Assembly (NCBI GenBank): GCA_963729715.1
Contig: CAVSPA010000004.1
Coordinates: 96,001 to 160,000, forward strand
Reading direction: 5' to 3'
Length of the DNA: 64,000 nt
Source: an uncultured delta proteobacterium
Lineage (GTDB): Bacteria > Desulfobacterota > Syntrophia > Syntrophales > UBA2185
Under the pieces are notes generated by a model that saw nothing but the letters and a program-made list of their open reading frames with translations, was not told the DNA's origin and did no database searches. Below, piece by piece: positions 19,318 through 27,564 of this stretch (the stretch's first letter is position 1; each line of letters begins with the position of its first letter). Both the position numbers and the translations under genes were made by a program.

Positions 19318-20508
19318 CTAAAACTGCAGAGCGGAAGGGTTTCTTAACCACTGATCCCTGAGGGGGGCAGGATATTGATACAAGTACTGCAAAAGAGGTG
19401 TCGTGTTGATGATGAATTCATTGATATCGCCTATAACCCTTCTCGGCACGTAAACAAGATCACCGTCTTTAAGCTTTATATTCTGGGACAGGTCCCCTTG
19501 CTTCAGAATTTGATCCAGGTTGGCGGATAGGATAATCGGCTTCCCTCCGCGCTCCTTGTATTCCCTTATTATCTTTATATCTGAATTTATTGCTATCAGG
19601 GTGTAACTCCCGGCATCAGCCATAGCTGCCAGGAGGTCAGGCGCATCCTTCAGCCTGTATATACCCGGCCTGTTGACCTCGCCGAAGACATACACCCTTT
19701 CACCGTAAAAGGGCAGTTCCGGAACGGTGACTATGTCGCCATCGTCTATGATTACATTTTGGGAAACGTCCCCTTTGAACATGGCATTATAAAGATTGAC
19801 CACGTACCTCTTACCCTTTCGGAGTATTTCCACATTTCTGAGATCAGCATTTCCCGGGCTAACGCCGGTGATACCAATGTCCTTGCCTGTTATCGGGCCG
19901 CCGGCAGACACGATGAGATCAAGAATCGTGGTCTTTCCAGTAAGAGGGTACTTTCCGGGACCGGATGTCCCCGTCGAAAGGACGTTGATCTGGCCGAAGA
20001 GCAGGGCTGTCTTACTTTTGTAATCTTTTACGATAACTTCAATTCGAGGATTCCTGATGTATTGTTTTAGTTGATTCGTCAGTATTTCTCTGACCTCGTT
20101 GACGGTGTGACCTGCAACGGGGATGTCATCACCGAACAAATAGGAGATCTTGCCCTCCTGTCTGACCACGACCGTGTAAGTATTCTGTTTGAAGCCTTCT
20201 TCGGTGCGGGCCGTTGTAATTGTGTATGGGATCCAGTAGTTGATCGTGAGGATATCACCCGGCCCTATAAGATATTCAGGCACGCCATGCCTTAGTGTAA
20301 AGACGCTGTTTTCCGTGACCTGGCTCATCTTCACGATTTCTTCCATTTCCTTCTGTTCAGCTAGGCGCTGCGCAGGCGTCACAACCCCGGATGTTTCAGA
20401 AAAAGTCTTGACAGGTATGCCGCGGGCCTCAAATGTGCAGGCAGATAAAAGCAGAGTTGCGAAGCACGAAATATATGCGAGGAGTTTGATTTTACCTATG
20501 TATAACAT
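19318..20508 (-). CDS. wza: Polysaccharide export lipoprotein (Poly_export + SLBB domains)
   Basis: Lipobox LLSAC, EYLIGPGDILTI, YIRNPRIEV, VYVFGEVNRPG, LKDGDLVYVP. Confidence 0.88.
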   Translation of the reverse strand: MLYIGKIKLLAYISCFATLLLSACTFEARGIPVKTFSETSGVVTPAQRLAEQKEMEEIVKMSQVTENSVFTLRHGVPEYLIGPGDILTINYWIPYTITTARTEEGFKQNTYTVVVRQEGKISYLFGDDIPVAGHTVNEVREILTNQLKQYIRNPRIEVIVKDYKSKTALLFGQINVLSTGTSGPGKYPLTGKTTILDLIVSAGGPITGKDIGITGVSPGNADLRNVEILRKGKRYVVNLYNAMFKGDVSQNVIIDDGDIVTVPELPFYGERVYVFGEVNRPGIYRLKDAPDLLAAMADAGSYTLIAINSDIKIIREYKERGGKPIILSANLDQILKQGDLSQNIKLKDGDLVYVPRRVIGDINEFIINTTPLLQYLYQYPAPLRDQWLRNPSALQF

Positions 20509-20539
20509 TTTGCTTTACTCCTGATTGGACATTAGCTCT

Positions 20540-20632
20540 GGATTCCTGCTGGAGCCTGACCTCGAATTTATTAATCGGGGGCGGGAATGGCAGACCTTCC
20601 TTTCTTGTCATTTCGACCGAAGGGAGAAATCT
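20540..20632. repeat. Two adjacent palindromic REP-like units
   Basis: 52-nt unit at 20540-20591 resembles 15605-15656. GTCATTTCGACCGAAGGGAGAAATCT at 20607-20632; its first 24 nt are the exact reverse complement of 15789-15812. Confidence 0.85.
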
Positions 20633-20687
20633 TAGGGATTCCTCATCATAATCTAATTTTTTAAATTCATAAAAATAATGGCTTAAG

Positions 20688-22130
20688 TCAAGGCCTTTTT
20701 AATTTTTTTTCAGGTGACGGTAAAAAGCTGAAAATATGGGAAACGATCTCCCGTACACGGGCTGTATAGTATGATTTCAGGGTTACACCGTCCCTGACAC
20801 AAAGTCTTTGAAGAAGTATTTGGCGAGGCGGGAACAAAGTCCTGAATAAGAATTTGATCTTATCGGAGAGTGTTCTATTCATGGCCAGGTAAATAAAATA
20901 GCTGCTGCCCCGGATGCGGCGGTTGGTAGTCTGGAGTCTCAGGAAGAATCTTTCACCGAGAGATAAATCCGGCGGCGTCAGTTTCCTCGGGCTTTCTTCA
21001 GGTATAAACGCTCTTGCATAGGCCTTAACGATGGAGAGGCTGAGATAGACCAATCGGTCCAGATTAAAACGGCGGCTTTCTTCGACAAGTAAATCCCAAT
21101 CAATATTTTTTTCATAGGCTTTAAGGGCGTAGGATATATCCGTTATGAGTATGAGGCGATCGAAGGAGTGGCCTATCCTGAGGGCGTGTTCGCAGAGATA
21201 GATGATAAGGTGTTCGGGGCATAACATATATACGTCGGCATCTGCCACCCTCGCGGGAACCGCCTTTTCCCATATGCGCCCGATATCGACATGTTTGGCA
21301 AACATCGTTGCTGGCACTGAACTGTTTACTATGTGCCAGTGAACATGAAGATTTAAGGGGGAGCCATTTTCTTTTCGGTATTCGAGGCTGGCAAGATAGC
21401 CTTCCGGATTGTTTATGGCCCTCGCAACGGAACTGTCTCTTGCGATATATCCCTGAGAGGACAAGAGCTCATCGACATCATAGAGGTCAGTTTTCTTGAC
21501 CAGAATATCGATGTCTGACATTCCCCTCATCGCGATGGCGGGATAGATGTGTTCCGCAAGGGCTATGCCTTTAAGAACAATGCAGAGGATCCCGGATTCC
21601 TTAAGAAGGGTGAGGATACTTTTCAACTCACCGATGATGGAAAGGTTTCTTCTTAGATTGTTGTAATACTGTTCGGATAGCGCAGCTCTGACTGCCGGGG
21701 GCACGAGATGTTCCGCTTTGTTATTTTTTAAATTGTGAAATATTGTTTCGACAACGCCCTCCTGCCTCATCTTCACAACAATATAGTCCCAGTCGTACTC
21801 CGTGCTATCCTTTGCATACAAAGAGAGAGATTGATTTTTGGAATCCAACTTCTGTAACCTTTGCACAACTCCTCTATTTGTCATTCCGGGCTTGACTCGG
21901 AAATTGGAGCATACTTCTTGATAATACTGGATTCCCGCTGGAGCCGGTCCTCGAATGTCCTTATCGGGGACGGGAATGACAAAATTGCTGGTCTTAAGCA
22001 GTTCTGAAAAGGTCTCCTTCTGTGAGTCCTTATTAGGTAAGTCAAAAAGGAGACTTAGGATTAATTTGTCGCAATCTTGGCAGTTGATGGCAAAGCTCCG
22101 CTCTCTAAAGTCACGGCTTCTCGTAAACAT
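20688..22130 (-). CDS. Nucleotidyltransferase family protein (NTP_transf_5-like) with in-frame palindromic insertion
   Basis: IVLKGIALA..IYP...RGMSDIDILV, NLHVHW, EHLIIYLCEH, RLILITDI. Confidence 0.85.
   Translation of the reverse strand: MFTRSRDFRERSFAINCQDCDKLILSLLFDLPNKDSQKETFSELLKTSNFVIPVPDKDIRGPAPAGIQYYQEVCSNFRVKPGMTNRGVVQRLQKLDSKNQSLSLYAKDSTEYDWDYIVVKMRQEGVVETIFHNLKNNKAEHLVPPAVRAALSEQYYNNLRRNLSIIGELKSILTLLKESGILCIVLKGIALAEHIYPAIAMRGMSDIDILVKKTDLYDVDELLSSQGYIARDSSVARAINNPEGYLASLEYRKENGSPLNLHVHWHIVNSSVPATMFAKHVDIGRIWEKAVPARVADADVYMLCPEHLIIYLCEHALRIGHSFDRLILITDISYALKAYEKNIDWDLLVEESRRFNLDRLVYLSLSIVKAYARAFIPEESPRKLTPPDLSLGERFFLRLQTTNRRIRGSSYFIYLAMNRTLSDKIKFLFRTLFPPRQILLQRLCVRDGVTLKSYYTARVREIVSHIFSFLPSPEKKLKRP
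21855..22016. mobile_element. 162-bp RPE-like palindromic element inserted in frame in a CDS
   Basis: Outer imperfect inverted repeats (12/16), inner TTTGTCATTCC/GGAATGACAAA, and the same 52-nt unit (21929-21980) found in two intergenic regions. Confidence 0.78.
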
Positions 22131-22263
22131 AGATACTCCCTCTCACGCATATGAGAAGGAGTACCTGTAAAAAGTAGTGTCTATCAAAATAGGTTTCAAT
22201 TTAAAATACAATATATTATAATAGATTAGATGCAAGAAGTAAATAGGTTCTGAGGATGGTGGG

Positions 22264-22572
22264 ATGGAAGAGTTTTTGAAGGATATCGAACTTTTGTCAA
22301 GGAATACGGATTGTATTTTCAGGGAAGAGGAAGACGGGGCCTTTCTGTTCGATCCGGAAAGCGGGAATCTTAAATTTATCAATAGCATGGGCGTTAATAT
22401 CTATCAGCTCTGCGACGGTAAAATGACTGTGGGAGACATCACATCATTGGTAAGCGAAAATTATAAAGACATTTCGAGCAAGAAGATCGAGGACGATATA
22501 AAGGTTTTTTTGCAAGAGCTTGTAAAAATGGAGTTTTTAAAAAGAGAAGAAACCGGTCATGACGGGAAATAA
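22264..22572 (+). CDS. PqqD-family RiPP recognition element (ScmD-like)
   Basis: FREEEDGAFLFDP...FINSMGVNIYQLCDG..TVGDI...DDIKVFLQELVKMEFL, the typical PqqD winged-helix pattern; overlaps the downstream rSAM gene. Confidence 0.88.
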   Translation: MEEFLKDIELLSRNTDCIFREEEDGAFLFDPESGNLKFINSMGVNIYQLCDGKMTVGDITSLVSENYKDISSKKIEDDIKVFLQELVKMEFLKREETGHDGK

Positions 22573-23641
22573 TGCAGCGTATTCGTTAAACTCCATTTAT
22601 CTTTATCTTACGGACAGATGTAATCTGAGGTGCAGGCACTGCTGGATTGAACCTCTATATTATGAAGGCCGCAAAGACGACAGCACTGAATTTGACCTGA
22701 AATTTCTCAAAAAGGCGATTGAAGATGCGAAAGAGATTGGCCTTAACCGTGTTAAGCTGACAGGCGGCGAGCCTTTTTTGAGAAGAGACATACTTGATAT
22801 CATCGCGTATCTTCATGCTCAAAACATTACAGTGGATATAGAGACAAACGGCACCCTCATAGACAAGGAGATTTGCGCAGTTCTAAAAGCTAATGGCGTT
22901 AATCAGGTATCCGTCAGCCTTGACAGCATGACGGCAGAGCAGCATGAAACATTCCGCGGGGTCAAAGGTTGTTACCATGATGCCTTGAAAGGGCTTTCAC
23001 TGCTCACAGAAAGTGGCATAAACACTCAGCTCATAATGACCCTCTATAAGGAAAATATATCGGAGATTGAAAGGCTGGTTGATCTTTCTTCCCGGATGGG
23101 TGTCGGTTCTGTTAAGATAAACCCTGTCATGCCCACGGGGCGAGGCAAGAAATTTTTTGAAAAAGAAGAAAATGTTGAGTTCGGCGATCTAATAAAGATT
23201 GACAGATGGATTGAAGAAGAATTAGTGTCAAAATACAAAATTGATATACACTTTGATATCCCCATAGGTCTTAAGTCGCTTAAATGCATAAGAACGAGAC
23301 AATTGTTCGAGTGCAATATTGTAAATATAATCGGCATACTCTCCGACGGCACAATTTCCCTGTGCGGCATCGGCCAGACGGAGACTGCTCTTAATATGGG
23401 CAACATTGCGGTAGACGATATACGTGAAGTGTGGGCAAGTAATCCCATCCTGCAGAAATTGAGAAAGGACATACCGCGCAATTTAGAGGGCATATGCGGC
23501 CGCTGCATATTCAAGTTCAGATGCCGGGGGGCGTGCAGGGCCTGTGCATACGGCTTAACAGGAAGTCTTAATAGTCCCTTCTTTGTCTGCCGTGAGGCAT
23601 ATGAAAAGGGACTGTTTCTGGAATCCAGGATGATCAATTAA
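22559..23641 (+). CDS. scmF: Radical SAM/SPASM peptide maturase (SynChlorMet ScmF-like)
   Basis: IYLYLTDRCNLRCRHCWIEP, TGGEP, ETNGT; SPASM cysteines EC...DGTISLC...CGRCIFKFRCRGACRAC...C. The subfamily name is recalled from memory, not from an HMM search. Confidence 0.85.
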   Translation: MTGNNAAYSLNSIYLYLTDRCNLRCRHCWIEPLYYEGRKDDSTEFDLKFLKKAIEDAKEIGLNRVKLTGGEPFLRRDILDIIAYLHAQNITVDIETNGTLIDKEICAVLKANGVNQVSVSLDSMTAEQHETFRGVKGCYHDALKGLSLLTESGINTQLIMTLYKENISEIERLVDLSSRMGVGSVKINPVMPTGRGKKFFEKEENVEFGDLIKIDRWIEEELVSKYKIDIHFDIPIGLKSLKCIRTRQLFECNIVNIIGILSDGTISLCGIGQTETALNMGNIAVDDIREVWASNPILQKLRKDIPRNLEGICGRCIFKFRCRGACRACAYGLTGSLNSPFFVCREAYEKGLFLESRMIN

Positions 23642-23660
23642 GGATTGAGTGAGGTAACAA

Positions 23661-24698
23661 ATGACTCGCAGCTATGACTTGATTAAAGATAATAATAAGG
23701 GAGAGGGAGACGGGCCTCTTCGCCTGAGTGACATTGAAAACCTTAAGTCCCAGGAAGGCAAATCATACGAGACTCCGGAAGAGCGTTCAGCGCAGGATGA
23801 AAAAGAGGTTGATAATGCCGAGAGACTCTATGCGGGCTTCCAGAAATACATGCGCGATGTCAGGGAGGAGGTTAAGACCAATCAACCCATTGAGCTTGAG
23901 GCGGCATTCTCGCTGATTGAGCAGCTCACGAAATCAAGAAGTATGATGGAAAGAGTTTATCAGTTAACCAATACCTTTTACCATGGTAAGGACTACTATA
24001 TCTCTCATCCCGTAAATACAATGATATATGCCGTAAAGGTCGGGCTGCGGATGGGATATTCCCGTGACAAACTCAAAGAACTCGCTATGGCAGCACTTCT
24101 TCACGATGTAGGAATGTTTATGATTCCTGAAAATATCATAACCAAGGAAGGGGCATTGACCGAATCTGAATTGGCTCTGATAAAGAGACATCCTGAGCTC
24201 GGGAAAAATCTCCTGTTCAAGTTTAAGGATCAGTTACCCTGGCTTGCCCGCGCCGTTCATGAACATCAGGAAAGAGAAAATGGCAAGGGATATCCGAGGG
24301 GAATTAAAGGAGATGACATTGCGGAGTACGCGAAGATTATAGGCATATGTGATTCGTATGAGGCGATGACGCACAACCGTCCCCACAAGAAGGCTATCAT
24401 GCAATTTACCTCAGTGAGGGAATTGATAGAAACAAAGGACCTTCTGTTTCCCACAAAGATACTTAGAGCATTTCTTGAGGAGTTATCCCTGTATCCGATA
24501 GGAAGTTGCGTAAAATTGAATAACAATGCAATTGGAAGGGTCATTGACACCAATAAAGACCAGCCCATGAAACCGATAATCAAACTCCTTTTTGACGGCC
24601 ACGGGAATGCAGTGACTGACGAAAGGATCATAGACTTGAAAGAGAATACTGTATTGAATATTCTCGGCGGCGTGTCAGATGACGAATTGCCAGGCTAA
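23661..24698 (+). CDS. HD-GYP domain phosphohydrolase (c-di-GMP phosphodiesterase-like)
   Basis: LLHDVGM, IKRHP, HEHQERENGKGYPRG, ICDSYEAMTHNRPH; C-terminal YPIGSCVKLN. Confidence 0.88.
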   Translation: MTRSYDLIKDNNKGEGDGPLRLSDIENLKSQEGKSYETPEERSAQDEKEVDNAERLYAGFQKYMRDVREEVKTNQPIELEAAFSLIEQLTKSRSMMERVYQLTNTFYHGKDYYISHPVNTMIYAVKVGLRMGYSRDKLKELAMAALLHDVGMFMIPENIITKEGALTESELALIKRHPELGKNLLFKFKDQLPWLARAVHEHQERENGKGYPRGIKGDDIAEYAKIIGICDSYEAMTHNRPHKKAIMQFTSVRELIETKDLLFPTKILRAFLEELSLYPIGSCVKLNNNAIGRVIDTNKDQPMKPIIKLLFDGHGNAVTDERIIDLKENTVLNILGGVSDDELPG

Positions 24699-25598
24699 AT
24701 GGAAGAACTGATTCTCTCCATAGCGGACCTTGCCATTGCCGTTCGTGCGGAGAAACACATAAAAGTTTTATTAGAACCTTTAACTAAACTCTTCAGCGGA
24801 TTTCTAAATGATGCCGGTAAACCAGCCGCGTTCCTGAATTTAACTTACGATCGTCTCCGTACATATCCGAACTTTAAAGACATGACTGTCAATGTGCTTG
24901 CGGGAAACTGCGGGGAAAGCAACGAATTGATTAATCAGGTGGGGAAAGTTTACCCGATATCAAGAGATTCTATAGTCGTCGGGTATTTAAATGGATGCCT
25001 CGCGTATAATCCGTCATCCAGTGAGGCCTGTCTGCTTCTCTTCAGGTCGCATGATCAGAACAATTTCACGGCAACTCTTCATAAGATGCTGTTCATCTTT
25101 ATTTCTTTCGTCCTGGGTGAAAGAAACAGATTCATGGTGCACGGTGCAGGAATAGGGGAGAAACAGGGTGGGGGAGGCTTTCTCTTCCTCGGCGATTCAG
25201 GTGCGGGAAAAACAACCGTTGCGGGTTTTGCCGGTGTGGATGCAGTGCTTTCGGATGACGCTCCCGTTATCGGCAAAGAAGACGGCGTTTACAACATATA
25301 TTCATCACCCTTCAGCCAAGTAAATTTGTTTGACGAAAGATCAAGCGATTACTTCCGGAAGAAGGTTCAATTAAGGAAGCTTTTGTTCTTAAATAAGGCA
25401 GATGAGATTGCGGTAACGGCGCGGCAACGACATTCCGCCCTGACGGAAATATTAACATCGCACGTGCATTCGTTTGATCTGATGGACCGGGACTTGAGAA
25501 TAGGTGCTTTTAACTTTTGCCATGACCTATGTTACAGCATACCTGCGTATGACCTCTATTTTCAGGAGAATAATAAATTCTGGGATGCTTTGAACTAA
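24699..25598 (+). CDS. HPr kinase-like P-loop protein (ScmC-like)
   Basis: MVHGAGI, FLFLGDSGAGKTT Walker A and VLSDD, the HprK-type motif order; SSPF. Confidence 0.8.
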   Translation: MEELILSIADLAIAVRAEKHIKVLLEPLTKLFSGFLNDAGKPAAFLNLTYDRLRTYPNFKDMTVNVLAGNCGESNELINQVGKVYPISRDSIVVGYLNGCLAYNPSSSEACLLLFRSHDQNNFTATLHKMLFIFISFVLGERNRFMVHGAGIGEKQGGGGFLFLGDSGAGKTTVAGFAGVDAVLSDDAPVIGKEDGVYNIYSSPFSQVNLFDERSSDYFRKKVQLRKLLFLNKADEIAVTARQRHSALTEILTSHVHSFDLMDRDLRIGAFNFCHDLCYSIPAYDLYFQENNKFWDALN

Positions 25599-25625
25599 AA
25601 AGCTGTGATTCTGCCATGCCGTCGC

Positions 25626-25994
25626 TTAGCCGGCGCCTCCCGCCTGACATCCTCCCGCAGCGGCGCTGCCAGCCGTACACGTGCCTCCGGCGACACTGCC
25701 AGAGTTGCAACCACTGTTTCCGGCGGCGCTGCCGGATTGACATTGACCACCGGCAGCAGTACTGCCGGCATTACATTTGCTTGACGTAGGAGCGCTGCCT
25801 GTATTGCAATTGCTTGATGCGACACTGCCGGCTTGACATTGCCCGCCGGAGGCAGTGGCTCCCGAGTTGCACTGCTGTTGAGGAGATCCTCCTGCCTGGC
25901 ATTGGCTTGGCCCTTGAGCGTGAGCGACCCCGCCGCCAAGATCAAGAATTTGAGGAGGTTCATAAGGGAGCTTGAATTTGGATTTCACGTGCAT
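25626..25994 (-). CDS. Cys/Gly/Ser-rich RiPP precursor peptide with lasso-type leader and nine CxxG repeats
   Basis: Leader YEPPQILDLG; Cys at 32, 42, 53, 63, 74, 85, 96, 106 and 116, each in C-[QNT]-[AST]-G. AGGAGG RBS; its spacing favours a GTG start at 25988. Directly downstream of an rSAM/SPASM gene. Confidence 0.88.
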   Translation of the reverse strand: MHVKSKFKLPYEPPQILDLGGGVAHAQGPSQCQAGGSPQQQCNSGATASGGQCQAGSVASSNCNTGSAPTSSKCNAGSTAAGGQCQSGSAAGNSGCNSGSVAGGTCTAGSAAAGGCQAGGAG

Positions 25995-27114
25995 ATCCCT
26001 CCTGTTTCTTTTGTGACTTCATTACATCTAAGCTGTATGGGTATCCATTGCCTTTGTAGATCCTGTAGCAGGACATGGGATCAACCGTAAAAACAGAGCC
26101 AGAGAGCTCATAAGACACAGCAGGACATCCGCCGATACAGAGTGATTTGTATCCGCAGCCGCTGCATTCCTCAATATCGTCCAGGGAAACGGATGCCCTT
26201 CTTCTCATTTTGGAAAAAATGGGCGACGAAGCCCATATTTCCTGAAAATCCGTTTCCCCGATGTGGCCGGCCTTGAAATCCCACAACCTGTCACATGGAA
26301 CAACCCAGCCGTCGGGCCTGACGGTACACTTCTGGATTCCCCCTCCGCAGCCAAACAGCCCGTTCGTACATCCCGGATTGTCCCGGTCCCCTATCTTCTG
26401 AAGCTTCTCGAAGCCTTTAAAAAAGTTTCCCATGTCGAGGATCGTCCCGATTACAAAATTACCGTACGTATTTCTCAAGCGCTCTAATTTGTGCGTTAAC
26501 GCCCTTCTCTGAGAATTGGAAAGAGTGAGGTTGGGAAGATGACATACCGCGTTGCCGAGCGGCAGTAGTTCATTAAATTTCACGGCCGTCAAACCGAGGC
26601 TCTTCCCGAGAATAATAATATCTTCTATGTCCTGATAATTGTTCTTCGTGACCGTGGTGTAAGTGGAGACGTGTCTGTTATGCTTTAAAAGATTTTCGAT
26701 GCCGCGAATCGTTCGATCAAAACTGCCATTTCCCCTTTGCTTGTCATGCACGGCGGGTGATGACCCGTCGAGACTGACGACGACGCTGAACAGTTTCTTT
26801 AGCTCGGAAATCCGCCGCGATGCTTGTTCGTCGATAAGGGTGGCGTTTGTATTCAGGCCGTAATGGAAGTGGTGTTTTTCTATTTCATACAAAATGGAAA
26901 AGACATCTTCCCTCATGAAGGGCTCGCCGCCGCTGATCCAGAGTGTAAAAACCTTCAACTCGGCAAGTCTCCTGATAAACTTTATCCATTCGTCTGTCGT
27001 CAGGTCGCTCGTTGCATTGCGCGTCGGATAGACGTTGCAATGCTTGCATGCCAGATTACACTTATTGGTAATGGCGATGAAAACATCTAATGGAGCCGAA
27101 AAACAGTTCTTCAT
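25960..27114 (-). CDS. scmE: Radical SAM/SPASM peptide maturase (SynChlorMet ScmE-like)
   Basis: APLDVFIAITNKCNLACKHC, SGGEP, NTNAT, VSLDG; SPASM GCGGG..C..RPDGWVVPC...CSGCGYKSLCIGGCP...C. The subfamily name is recalled from memory. Confidence 0.85.
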   Translation of the reverse strand: MKNCFSAPLDVFIAITNKCNLACKHCNVYPTRNATSDLTTDEWIKFIRRLAELKVFTLWISGGEPFMREDVFSILYEIEKHHFHYGLNTNATLIDEQASRRISELKKLFSVVVSLDGSSPAVHDKQRGNGSFDRTIRGIENLLKHNRHVSTYTTVTKNNYQDIEDIIILGKSLGLTAVKFNELLPLGNAVCHLPNLTLSNSQRRALTHKLERLRNTYGNFVIGTILDMGNFFKGFEKLQKIGDRDNPGCTNGLFGCGGGIQKCTVRPDGWVVPCDRLWDFKAGHIGETDFQEIWASSPIFSKMRRRASVSLDDIEECSGCGYKSLCIGGCPAVSYELSGSVFTVDPMSCYRIYKGNGYPYSLDVMKSQKKQEGYAREIQIQAPL

Positions 27115-27518
27115 GACGAAATGATCAGCCCCTTTCGCTTAAAGGCCATGAGGGTGAGTACGATGTCCCTTTTCGCGGCATCCTGCCCCACATCAAAACG
27201 ACCGGTAATTTCCTCTACCATATTATCGACACCGTTGGCACCGTTGCACAGGTTCCAGATATCAGCAGCAACAGCGTTTAACTTCAGCGTATCTGAGTTT
27301 TTCCTCGTATCCGTAAGGATCGTGTAGCTATCTTCTTTTCTCAGCGAGACGTCAGGATGTCTGGCAGGACTGGCGCTCAGGATTTCCTTCACTTCCATTG
27401 AATTCCAGGTGTATCGCAGATAGTCGACCATGCCAAATGACCGCACGGAGCCAGTAGCCGGCAGGAGAATACCTGCGCCAAATAATACGGACATAAAATT
27501 TCTTCTCGATGTATCCAC
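27111..27518 (-). CDS. PqqD-family RRE protein with N-terminal twin-arginine signal-like peptide
   Basis: AAGGAGG 8 nt before GTG; SRRNFM followed by a hydrophobic stretch; C-terminal LNAVAADIWNLCNG...VEEITGRFDV...RDIVLTLMAFKRKGLI PqqD pattern. Confidence 0.82.
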   Translation of the reverse strand: MDTSRRNFMSVLFGAGILLPATGSVRSFGMVDYLRYTWNSMEVKEILSASPARHPDVSLRKEDSYTILTDTRKNSDTLKLNAVAADIWNLCNGANGVDNMVEEITGRFDVGQDAAKRDIVLTLMAFKRKGLIISS

Positions 27519-27564
27519 GACAGATTCCTCCTTTAAAGATGCGCCCGGACGGCGGCTATTCCGA

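Noticed and set aside
22264..23641. PqqD plus rSAM as PQQ biosynthesis (pqqDE)
   Set aside because: No pqqA (ExxxY peptide), pqqB or pqqC is seen, and the context points to a different peptide.
25595..25963. Alternative-frame 122-aa ORF overlapping the precursor, and plus-strand ORF 25833-26090
   Set aside because: They are shadows of the repeat-coding frame. The Cys-periodic frame has the RBS and the leader motif.
25626..25994. Precursor as a lasso peptide
   Set aside because: There is no Asp/Glu in the core for the macrolactam, and no asparagine-synthetase-like cyclase or B protease in the window.
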